Part shown: positions 40,817 to 49,187 of the stretch, piece after piece | Layout of the letters: each line of letters begins with the position of its first letter | Position numbering within the stretch: position 1 is the first letter of the stretch | Assembly (NCBI GenBank): GCA_029856125.1 | Contig: JAHQWJ010000141.1 | Span: 1 to 64,000, forward strand | Source of the DNA: Promethearchaeia archaeon | GTDB lineage: Archaea > Asgardarchaeota > Lokiarchaeia > Sigyniarchaeales > SOKP01 | Direction of reading: 5' to 3' | Length of the DNA stretch: 64,000 bases | Translations under genes and position numbers: made by a program | Notes under the pieces: model-generated | The model's database searches: none | Told to the model about the DNA's origin: nothing | Seen by the model: the letters and a program-made list of their open reading frames with translations, nothing else

Positions 40817-41569
40817 TCAGAATGGTTTATTAACGGATTTAATGTGCAATATCAGCGAAAACGAGGCTTTATATAGCTCTGCATTGCTCATCTCTTTGAT
40901 CTCATTTAAATAAGTTAAACTATAATCCGCTTCCCGTTTCAAATAGTTTATATCTTTTGTTTTATGCTCGTTATCCAAATACGCATCAATCTGTAATATA
41001 TTTTCATCTAATTTTTTAGGAAACTGAGGCGTCATATTAAAAGTGAACAGTAGATCTGGTTTTGAAGATTCAAAAGCATCAAAAACAAATAAGATGTTTG
41101 GTTGCGCGTAAGAAATAAACGATTCTAAATTGTGAAATAGATCATCAATTTTGATGTTTAGTTTAGAAGCTTCTAAGATGCTACAATCGCTAACTTTTGG
41201 GAATATAAATTTCTCCTTTCCGCGAAAGGCACTGTCTATTTCGCTGGAACTTAAAAATTTCTTAAAGGTATCGTCGTTTTTCTCTAAAACAAATTCATCC
41301 GTTATTGGATCAGACTTGGTATATAACACTATAGAACTCGATGATAACAAATTGATTTTTTGATAATATATATTGAAATCAGGGTTATATGGCAAATTTA
41401 CAATACTTTTATCGCCGCCCAAGCCAAGTTGAGCCATAATATTCATTGGACCTTGGCTCGTTAAAGTTAATAGGATAAACGATCTGAAATTTTCAAGTTC
41501 GATAAAATTGGTAAAACCATTAAAAAATTCGTTAACGATTTTAATTTTATTATTTAACGCTTCGGACAT
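40817..41569 (-). CDS. Hypothetical protein
   Basis: 250 aa ORF filling the gap; no recognised motif. Confidence 0.7.
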   Translation of the reverse strand: MSEALNNKIKIVNEFFNGFTNFIELENFRSFILLTLTSQGPMNIMAQLGLGGDKSIVNLPYNPDFNIYYQKINLLSSSSIVLYTKSDPITDEFVLEKNDDTFKKFLSSSEIDSAFRGKEKFIFPKVSDCSILEASKLNIKIDDLFHNLESFISYAQPNILFVFDAFESSKPDLLFTFNMTPQFPKKLDENILQIDAYLDNEHKTKDINYLKREADYSLTYLNEIKEMSNAELYKASFSLILHIKSVNKPF

Positions 41570-41624
41570 AGTCGGATCATCTAATATATATAATATTTCT
41601 TTAAAGAATTAATTATAATTAAAT

Positions 41625-42041
41625 CTAACCATGATATTTCAAAATAAAACTACGGAAAGATTCTTTAACTTCTTGAGTTATATGATGCTCAATATCGCAT
41701 GATATCTTTTCTACGAGTTCGTCATCGTTTATTTTTAGGATTTCCTTAAAAAAAGTCCGAAGTAGAGCATGAGTTTCTTCTAGCTGAATAGCATATTTTT
41801 TTCCCTTATCTGTAAGTCTAATTGATTTTCTTGGTTCCCAGTTTATCAATTTCTTATTTTTTAGTTTATCTAGCATTCCAGAAACTGAAGCGGGCTCTAC
41901 ATGAAGATTCTCTGCTATCTCTTTATTAGTTACCCAACCGCCCTTTTTTTTCTTTGTAATAGCATAAATTACATCTAAATACCTTTGATAACTCTCTGGT
42001 ATCTCTGATATTTCAGAAAAAAAATTTTCCTTACCGCTCAT
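41625..42041 (-). CDS. DtxR/MntR family metal-dependent regulator
   Basis: YLDVIY, IAENLHVEPASVSGML, LTDKG, H.LL..F, CDIEHHI. Confidence 0.92.
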   Translation of the reverse strand: MSGKENFFSEISEIPESYQRYLDVIYAITKKKKGGWVTNKEIAENLHVEPASVSGMLDKLKNKKLINWEPRKSIRLTDKGKKYAIQLEETHALLRTFFKEILKINDDELVEKISCDIEHHITQEVKESFRSFILKYHG

Positions 42042-42246
42042 CGTTTTCTAAATGGAAATAGTCGTTAATATTTTTACCTTGCCAAGTTTCATAACATTAA
42101 TCATTCTTAAAAGTTTATTTATTTTTCAGTATAAAGTACTTGAGATATTTATCAATTACTTATCATGCGATGTTTTAACCAAGTTTTGATAAAAATTATA
42201 ATAATTAAATCTTTAATAAGAAGTAAAATTTTGAAGATGGGAGCTA

Positions 42247-42813
42247 ATGATAAAAAATTTTCCTGGTAAATTAGTATTGGTTGTAGGTAATTCAGGCTCA
42301 GGTAAAGATTCAATAATTTCCGGAGTAGTTAAAAGATTTCCATCTAATTTAAAAGAAATTCATCTCACTCAGCGATATATTACAAGACCATCTTCAGAAA
42401 CCGAAGATAATATCTCAATAACTCCAGAAATATTTAAAGAAATGTCTCATCAGAAGAAATTTGCTCTTGAGTGGCACATTTACGATTTGGATTATGGTGT
42501 TCCAATAGACATTGACGATTGGTTAAAAAAAGGACACCCCGTAATTGTAAATGTTAGCCGAACAATTGTGAAAAAAGCCCGATACATTTACCGAAATATT
42601 TTAGTTGTTTTTATCAAAGTGCCTTTTGAAATAACTTTTAAGAGAATAAAGGAACGAGCCCGAGAAAGCGGAAAACTTTTACAAGAAAGAATCCAAAGAG
42701 CAAAGGATAACCAGACTTTTCCCGACGCAGATTTTATCGTTGATAATTCTGGAGAATTGGAAATTGCTATCGATCAATTCCTAAGTTATTTAATCAGAGT
42801 AGTTGAAGCATAG
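42247..42813 (+). CDS. phnN: Ribose 1,5-bisphosphokinase PhnN-like kinase
   Basis: VVGNSGSGKDS, RYITR, FALEW...YG, NVSR, RARES, DNSG. Confidence 0.8.
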   Translation: MIKNFPGKLVLVVGNSGSGKDSIISGVVKRFPSNLKEIHLTQRYITRPSSETEDNISITPEIFKEMSHQKKFALEWHIYDLDYGVPIDIDDWLKKGHPVIVNVSRTIVKKARYIYRNILVVFIKVPFEITFKRIKERARESGKLLQERIQRAKDNQTFPDADFIVDNSGELEIAIDQFLSYLIRVVEA

Positions 42814-42900
42814 GAAAAAATCCCGAGCTAGAATATTTAAACCTTCATGTTTATTAATAATTAGATCAGAAAAGCCAATCTAATTTCTAAATACCATCGC

Positions 42901-43005
42901 ATGAAAGAGTTCAAGATCAATGAATTCCTCACCGTGAAATTAATAGATGGTACCCATTTTAAGTTATGTTCCATTTTTTTTCTTGAATCTGTGATTTTCA
43001 AATGA
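42901..43005 (+). pseudogene. Truncated 5' fragment resembling the N-terminus of the expanded Lokiarchaeial LRR-associated protein family
   Basis: MKEFKINEFLTVKLIDG then abrupt loss of similarity and a stop after 34 aa; family recognition is from memory. Confidence 0.45.
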
Positions 43006-43043
43006 TCACAATTTATTTATAAAACACAGAAGGAGTTAGATTT

Positions 43044-44630
43044 ATGAAAATAAGTATATTAAACGAAGTATTAGGGCCAATTCTGCATGGACCTAGTAGT
43101 TCTCATACCGCTGCTTCATATAGTATTGGTCGGTTGACCCATATGTTGTGTGAGAACGAAATAAAGGAAATTAATATTACATTTGATTCAAAGGGTTCTT
43201 TTGATAAGACATATAAATCTCAAAATGGAGATGTTGCGTTCTTAGCAGGGATCATTAATTTAGCTGTTGATGATCCTGACTTTCTTAATTCTAAAAATGT
43301 AGCCAGTGAAGAAGGAATTAGATATCTCTTCGATTCAAAAGATATTCCTGAAGCAGATCATCCAAACTATATGTTAATTAATATTCCTGCTAAAAAATTA
43401 ACAATAGTAGCGAAATCCATCGGAGGAGGTATGATTCTGATAGAAAATGTTAATAATTGGAACATTAAAATTAAAGGAAATAATTATAATATCTTAATAG
43501 AATTTCATACGAATTCTAAGGAAAAAATACTGAATTTAATTCAATCATTTTCCAATTCTCCAGAAAAAATACATATACAGGATGATGAGAGGTATTCTTT
43601 TATTCAACTAAAGAATCCAAATAGGTTTAAAGATGAATTTGTTAATAAATTAAAATCTCTTGATTTTATTTCTAATATCTGGACTACTCACCCTATACTT
43701 TTTCCGACTCATGGGACTCCGTTGTTTAAAAATAGCTTTGAGATGTTAAATCTTGCAATTGAAAAAACGTATTCTCTCGGTAAGCTAGGGCTTATGTATG
43801 AATCAGATCTATTGAATATGGATGAAAAATCTATTTTAGAAGAAATGGAAAAAAGGATTTTAGTAATGTTTTCTTCAATTGAAAAGGGTTTGGAAAAGAA
43901 AAATTCGCGTATGAAATTATTAAAGCATTCGGCAAGTAATATCCAAAAAAAAGAACCTCAGCTTTTCAGTTCTGGAATTAATTTAAGAAGCGCTTATAGG
44001 GCTATGGCAGCTATGGATACTGCTTCTTCAGGGGGATTGATTTGTGCGGCCCCTACAGGCGCATCTTGTGGCGTTATTGCTTCTGTTCTTTATACTCTCC
44101 ATTACGATTTTAATATTAACATGAATAAGATTATTAAATGTGCACTTGCAGCAGGTGTGATTGGTTTAATAAACGGAATGAATTCAACTTTTGCTGCTGA
44201 AATAGCGGGATGTCAAGTTGAGATAGGAATGGCTGGAGCAATGGCAGCGGCAGCGGTTATCGAAGTCGCTAATGGAGGTCCTGCTGCAGCCACAGAGGCG
44301 GCAGCAATTGCATTGCAAAACACAATGGGATCTGTATGCGATCTTGTTGCGGGATTCTGTGAAATCCCTTGCCATACTAGGAATGCAGTGGCAGCGTCAA
44401 ATGCATTTATCTGTGCTGATCTTATTATAGGTGGTTATATTAATCCAATAAATCTTGATGATTCAATCCAAGCATCATTTGAAAGTGGTAAGATGTTGCC
44501 TCCTCAATTACGTTGTACTTCATTAGGAGGAATCGCGATCACAGAATCAGCAAAAAAATTGGTTCAAGAAGTTAAAACAGATTATAATAAGATTAATAGA
44601 GCCAATAAGAAAAATACAAACAGAATTTAA
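43044..44630 (+). CDS. sdaA: Fe-S-dependent L-serine dehydratase, fused beta-ACT-alpha
   Basis: GPILHGPSSSHTA, SIGGG, CAAPTGASCG, AGCQVEIG, GSVCDLVAGFCEIPC, LRCTSLGGIA. Confidence 0.9.
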   Translation: MKISILNEVLGPILHGPSSSHTAASYSIGRLTHMLCENEIKEINITFDSKGSFDKTYKSQNGDVAFLAGIINLAVDDPDFLNSKNVASEEGIRYLFDSKDIPEADHPNYMLINIPAKKLTIVAKSIGGGMILIENVNNWNIKIKGNNYNILIEFHTNSKEKILNLIQSFSNSPEKIHIQDDERYSFIQLKNPNRFKDEFVNKLKSLDFISNIWTTHPILFPTHGTPLFKNSFEMLNLAIEKTYSLGKLGLMYESDLLNMDEKSILEEMEKRILVMFSSIEKGLEKKNSRMKLLKHSASNIQKKEPQLFSSGINLRSAYRAMAAMDTASSGGLICAAPTGASCGVIASVLYTLHYDFNINMNKIIKCALAAGVIGLINGMNSTFAAEIAGCQVEIGMAGAMAAAAVIEVANGGPAAATEAAAIALQNTMGSVCDLVAGFCEIPCHTRNAVAASNAFICADLIIGGYINPINLDDSIQASFESGKMLPPQLRCTSLGGIAITESAKKLVQEVKTDYNKINRANKKNTNRI

Positions 44631-44680
44631 AAAATCAAAAAATGTATAATTAAATTAAAAGTTAAGGACCATCTTAATGA
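44562..44680 (+). repeat. 119-bp direct repeat copy A: relic 3' end of an older HNH gene
   Basis: Ungapped match to 46655..46773 with about 14 mismatches by hand count; in frame with sdaA. Confidence 0.92.
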
Positions 44681-44776
44681 TAAAAAAAATTTGTTGAATA
44701 GAATAAGATTTTCGAGATTAAAGAGGTAAATTTTTTTTAATAAGAAAAATTAGATTAGTTACTTCTATTTTACTAA

Positions 44777-44875
44777 GGCCCGGTTCGTATAGACGAGTCT
44801 CGAAATTTTTTCGTGATTCGGTAAAATGGTTAGTATTGGGGACTATACTTAAGTATTCTTCAATCTCAATCTTTA
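44777..44875 (+). pseudogene. Truncated tRNA 5' half with a BHB intron at 15/16 (44793-44826) and a probable degenerate 32/33 intron
   Basis: GGCCCGGTTCGTATAG identical to 46851-46866; after the 34-nt hairpin intron it resumes TGGTTAGTATTGGGGACT. No T-arm or 3' acceptor strand follows. Confidence 0.8.
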
Positions 44876-45031
44876 AGCTGAAGATTAATGAAATTCTCTA
44901 AATTATAAAACTTATTTTTCTCTTAGTTTTTTAATCAAGTGATTTAAATCCTCCTCTTCTTAATTTTATTTTTCCCTTTAAATAGATTGTGTTTATATTG
45001 TTTTTAAAGGATGATAAAAATGTGATCGGTA

Positions 45032-46780
45032 ATGAACTTTAACTCACCCAAGTCGGAACCTAATAAAACATTTAAAAAAGTTGATACTAAGAAAGTTGAA
45101 AAAACCGAAATCGCTTCAAAACCAGGCCAGAAGCTGAGCGACAAACCAAAGAACAAAATAGAACGCCCCAAGATAGATTTACAAAAAGAACCAAGAAATA
45201 AAATTCAACGCGAAAAAATTAGCCTACTAACTCCATCAAAAAATAAGATAGAACGCCCCAAACTCGATCTAAAAACACCATCCAGAAATAAAATACAACA
45301 TCCAAAATATGACACAAAAGCTCCACCGAGACATAAAATTGAACCCCGAAGGATTAATCTTATGAAAGAACCAAAGTATAAAATACAACATCAAGAATTT
45401 AATACTAAAAAGCTTAACACAGATAAAATTCAAGTGAAACCCAGTCATAAAATAAGAAGTGAAGAGATTGGTGATAATTTAATAATTAAATCATTCCCTA
45501 AAAATACTAGAAATATTATTAGTGAAAATATCTATAAAACTTTTGAGGAAAGAAAAGCTACTTCAAATTCTAAAATAGTAGATACACTAATTAAAGATTT
45601 AGGTGATATTAAATCACAACCGAAGTGGATAAATAGATTACCAAAAGATGAATTGAAAGAATTGAGGAATTATATTGTTAATAATAAGATAGATAGTCGA
45701 TTTGAAGGTAGCTTGTCAAATTATTTTGCTGATCTTACTGATTTAGTAGAAGACATAAAAATTTTAAATAATAGAAATCAAGCCGTTAACTTTTCAGAAC
45801 TCAGTCGTAATTTAATCAAGCAAAATAGAGGATTGAATTTAACAAAAAGAGGTTTAGAAGAAGCTATTTCTGGAATTTATAACCATTTTAAGAATGTTTT
45901 TGATGATTTCAAACTTGAACGTGTAAAAAAAAAGTCTATATTAGGGACGGAATCAGAAAAGGAGTCAATACGATGCTTAAGGAAAGAATATAAATTATTA
46001 ATTGAAATGAATGATGGTAGTTATGGGGGAAAATGTTCAAATCCTAGTTGCAACACTGATTTTAAGCGATTACCTGCTTTTGATTTCCATCATGAAGAAA
46101 AAAAAATAAAAACTACTACTTGGAATGAGATCATGCATAAAAAATATGATGAAATAAAAAATACTTTAGAATCTCAAAAAGTAAAACCTATTTGTAAAAA
46201 TTGTCACTTACCTGAAAATGCTAAAATTTTCAATGATTTTAAAGAGACTATCTTGAAGAAAGATTTATTTACCTATTCAAGTCACGATATTGATAAATTT
46301 TTAAATTTAAAAGTAAATAAGTTTGTTAAAGAAAATAATACAAATTATACGGCTGCTTCGCTAAAAATTGAGGTAAAGAGATGGATTAAAAAAAGAGCCG
46401 TAATTGAACAAGTTTTTAATGGAATGTGTATCTCATGTGCAGAAAAACGACTTCCATCTTTACAAATGCACCATACTAATCAAGATCTTAAAGTTCATAG
46501 ATGGGGTGATATTTCTCGTAAATGGAATATTAAAGAATTAATCAATGATTTTGTAATTGAAGAAGAATGCGTTTGCTTATGTGGAAATTGTCACGCTATG
46601 TTAAATACAATAAACTTTGAAAAAAATGTTGGAAAAGTGCTTGGAGAAAAATATGTTCTAGAAGTTAAAGCAGATTATAATAAGATTAAAGGGGCAATCA
46701 TGAAAAATTCAAGCAGAATTAAAAAAATCAAAAAAAGTATAATTAAATTAAATGTTAAGGACCATCTTAATGAAGAATAG
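45032..46780 (+). CDS. Free-standing protein with two HNH-like zinc-finger nuclease modules and N-terminal basic repeats
   Basis: CSNPSC...FDFHH...ICKNCH and CISC...LQMHH...LCGNCH. Confidence 0.8.
   Translation: MNFNSPKSEPNKTFKKVDTKKVEKTEIASKPGQKLSDKPKNKIERPKIDLQKEPRNKIQREKISLLTPSKNKIERPKLDLKTPSRNKIQHPKYDTKAPPRHKIEPRRINLMKEPKYKIQHQEFNTKKLNTDKIQVKPSHKIRSEEIGDNLIIKSFPKNTRNIISENIYKTFEERKATSNSKIVDTLIKDLGDIKSQPKWINRLPKDELKELRNYIVNNKIDSRFEGSLSNYFADLTDLVEDIKILNNRNQAVNFSELSRNLIKQNRGLNLTKRGLEEAISGIYNHFKNVFDDFKLERVKKKSILGTESEKESIRCLRKEYKLLIEMNDGSYGGKCSNPSCNTDFKRLPAFDFHHEEKKIKTTTWNEIMHKKYDEIKNTLESQKVKPICKNCHLPENAKIFNDFKETILKKDLFTYSSHDIDKFLNLKVNKFVKENNTNYTAASLKIEVKRWIKKRAVIEQVFNGMCISCAEKRLPSLQMHHTNQDLKVHRWGDISRKWNIKELINDFVIEEECVCLCGNCHAMLNTINFEKNVGKVLGEKYVLEVKADYNKIKGAIMKNSSRIKKIKKSIIKLNVKDHLNEE
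45149..45418 (+). repeat. Six 45-nt (15-aa) tandem coding repeats
   Basis: KNKIERPKIDLQKEP/RNKIQREKISLLTPS/KNKIERPKLDLKTPS/RNKIQHPKYDTKAPP/RHKIEPRRINLMKEP/KYKIQHQEFNTKKLN. Confidence 0.85.
46655..46773 (+). repeat. 119-bp direct repeat copy B (3' end of the intact HNH gene)
   Basis: Matches 44562..44680. Confidence 0.92.
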
Positions 46781-46850
46781 CATTATTTGTTTTTTTCGAA
46801 CATTCATAAAATTTTTTTAGTGGGTAGTATTATATCATATATACTTCTAT

Positions 46851-47010
46851 GGCCCGGTTCGTATAGTGGTTAGTGGTAAGATTTTAATCTATCCAACTAA
46901 TATTGGGTACAAACTTAGTATTTCTTACTAAATTCTCCTATGTGAATCCCTAGAAGTGTAAGAATATTCTTATGGCTGGGGAAAGGCGAGTTCAATTCTC
47001 GCATCGGGCC
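46851..47010 (+). tRNA. tRNA-His(GUG) with three introns: 46874-46900 (22/23), 46911-46940 (32/33), 46954-46983 (45/46)
   Basis: Spliced 73 nt: G-GCCCGGT-TC-GTAT-AGTGGTTA-GTAT-T-GGGTA-CT-GTG-AA-TCCCT-AGAG-GCGAG-TTCAATT-CTCGC-ATCGGGC-C. G-1:C73 His identity pair; each junction folds as a bulge-helix-bulge. Confidence 0.87.
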
Positions 47011-47133
47011 CTCTTATATTTCATAAGTTCAATTTGTATGCCTTAGGGCGCCTTATTTTACAATATAAACAATAAATTAATATCTTTTAGTGAATTTTAC
47101 TCTGCAATTAAAAATAGATTATAGGCTTAGACT

Positions 47134-47586
47134 ATGGTTGATTTAGATCCAGAGAAACTTAGAAACATACCAGGATGGGAAAATGCTCCAATTCATATAT
47201 GTATGGGTGCTGATTGTCGAGGTCTAACTTTTTGTTGTAAACCAGGGTATTCTCTTACTTTTGGTTTTAAATGTAGTCGGGATGAAGCTTTAAACGATTT
47301 AGAACTAAGTCCAGAAGATTTTATTAAAATTAAAGAAGATTTTTCGAGAGCAAACGATTGGGACTCCGATCTCGTATGTTTTGGATCAATTTCGTATTGT
47401 TGCATGAGGAAAGGAGGATGTTCAAGGAGAGATCCTGCGCTACAAATGAGATACCCAGATAAAACCAGAGAAGAATTTATGAAAATATATTACGAAAAAA
47501 AGAAAGAGTTAGCTCAGATAATCTTAGAATTCGTAAACAACAACGGAAATAAAGAAAAAGTTGAGCCGTATTTAGATTTATTCTAA
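47134..47586 (+). CDS. Methanogenesis marker 9-like cysteine-rich domain protein
   Basis: WENAPIHICMGADCRGLTFCCKP, CFGSISYCC...CSRRD. Confidence 0.75.
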   Translation: MVDLDPEKLRNIPGWENAPIHICMGADCRGLTFCCKPGYSLTFGFKCSRDEALNDLELSPEDFIKIKEDFSRANDWDSDLVCFGSISYCCMRKGGCSRRDPALQMRYPDKTREEFMKIYYEKKKELAQIILEFVNNNGNKEKVEPYLDLF

Positions 47587-47647
47587 TATTATATTTCAAA
47601 AAACAGAAATACTCTTCTGCTTTAATTAATTTTAAGAGGGATTTAAC

Positions 47648-48604
47648 TTGAAAATGATTGTATCAATTACTCACGAACACGATCTCGATGGAATTGGCTC
47701 ACAAGCAATAATTAAACGTCATCTTGATCTTTCGTCAGTAGTCCTAAAAAAGAAAGTAATCTATGAGTTTGCTACTTATGTCGATTTCGTTGAAAAAATT
47801 CGAGTAATTTTGGATACAGATAAAATTCCTTCAAAGTTAATAATCTCTGATATAGGTTTTAATGACTCTTTTGAAGAATTATTTGCATATTTTGAGACTG
47901 CAATAACGCGAGGATGCAAAATATTGTGGTTCGATCATCACATCGTCGATGATTTGATAAAAGAAAGATTGAGAAACTTAATTGATACATATGTAAATGA
48001 CCCCGAAAGATGTGCGGCGGAAATAGTTAAAGATTTTTATTTACCGGGTGATGACATTTCGAATAACATCGCTAAATTTGCCAGAGATACAGATTTCAGA
48101 ACTGAATTATTCGAGGTAGCTTCAGATTTGCAATCAATTATAAGTTTTAATAGAGGAGCTCATAACGATCACAATAAACACAGAATAGTCAAATTATTAT
48201 CCAAGGGTGATTTTGAAAATGAATGGTTTAGTTCCCAATTAGAATCCTTAAAACAATGGCTCGAAGAGGAGTCAGTGTTTGCCTTAGAACACGCAATAAC
48301 TATTTCTCTAGAATCATTTGGAGATGTCGTTATCTCTTGGGCTAAGTTAGGGGGGGGTAAAATTACGAAGGTAGTAAGGCAGAAATTTCCTCGTGCGAAA
48401 GCCTTTATCGGTATCGACTCAAGGCATAACGAGATTATAATTCACAGCAATTTCCTTAATTGTCGAGAGTTTGCTAAGGCATTTGAAGGAGGAGGTCATA
48501 AAGAAAGAGCAGGTTTTAAATACTCGCATATTTTCGATAATCCTAATGTACTATCTCAATCTTTTATTAGAGACATAAAAAAGAGAATTAGTAAATTTAG
48601 CTAG
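47648..48604 (+). CDS. DHH/DHHA1 family phosphoesterase
   Basis: THEHDLDG, ISD, WFDHH, GGGHKERAG. Confidence 0.9.
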   Translation: MKMIVSITHEHDLDGIGSQAIIKRHLDLSSVVLKKKVIYEFATYVDFVEKIRVILDTDKIPSKLIISDIGFNDSFEELFAYFETAITRGCKILWFDHHIVDDLIKERLRNLIDTYVNDPERCAAEIVKDFYLPGDDISNNIAKFARDTDFRTELFEVASDLQSIISFNRGAHNDHNKHRIVKLLSKGDFENEWFSSQLESLKQWLEEESVFALEHAITISLESFGDVVISWAKLGGGKITKVVRQKFPRAKAFIGIDSRHNEIIIHSNFLNCREFAKAFEGGGHKERAGFKYSHIFDNPNVLSQSFIRDIKKRISKFS

Positions 48605-48665
48605 TAAATGTTAAACGTAATATTTAGAGCTAGTTTAAAGTAATATGATACGATATACAAAAGTG

Positions 48666-48685
48666 CGTGAAATTGGCGTTTCACG
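48666..48685. terminator. Hairpin between convergent genes
   Basis: CGTGAAA-TTGGCG-TTTCACG followed by a T-rich tract. Confidence 0.35.
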
Positions 48686-48736
48686 AACAAATATTTTTAT
48701 TTTTTATTTTAAAGTAATTGAAAATGGAAAAAACCA

Positions 48737-49147
48737 CTAAAGATCAGAGCTATACTTTTTTGCGAGATCCTGGGCCCAATTTTTTCCTCCCATAATGTCA
48801 TCTACTGATTTTGTGAAATTAGTTTCTAAAACATCAAAAATATTATCCCAAAGTAATGATTTCGCCTTCTTACCACTCTTTTCATATTCGATTTTAAGTA
48901 CTTTTCCTTCAGAGGTGTCTTCAATAATCTGAAATCTTCCTTTAAATTGCTTACCTGAAGTAATTTCAAATATGTTAGATGCTATATCTTCAACAGTTGA
49001 TTGTTTTCCAATAAATTTGAATAACATTTTCCCTCTTAAAGCATTAAGATATGTCTCAACTGATTGTTTTGTAGTATCTTTGATAAAATCAAGCCCCCAA
49101 TCTGGATGGCATTTTATAGTTTTTGGCATAATATTATTTAAACCCAT
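48737..49147 (-). CDS. Small protein homologous to the C-terminal domain of the upstream SIR2-TPR protein
   Basis: Aligns by eye with the SIR2-TPR C-terminus: IxCHP, FIK/YIK, SG...K..FQIIE, IE(W/Y)E, (L/I)W. Confidence 0.78.
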   Translation of the reverse strand: MGLNNIMPKTIKCHPDWGLDFIKDTTKQSVETYLNALRGKMLFKFIGKQSTVEDIASNIFEITSGKQFKGRFQIIEDTSEGKVLKIEYEKSGKKAKSLLWDNIFDVLETNFTKSVDDIMGGKNWAQDLAKKYSSDL

Positions 49148-49187
49148 ATGCTTTTAAAGATTTTCACATAATTGAGTATTTTATGAT

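Noticed and set aside
44838-44875. Reading the orphan tRNA half as tRNA-Glu(CTC) (GGGGA-C|T-CTC-AA-TCTTT)
   Set aside because: Needs an imperfect BHB and three G-U pairs, and no T-arm follows; anticodon left unresolved.
45149-45418. 45-nt periodic repeats as a CRISPR array
   Set aside because: Degenerate, in-frame coding repeats without spacers; no cas genes in the window.
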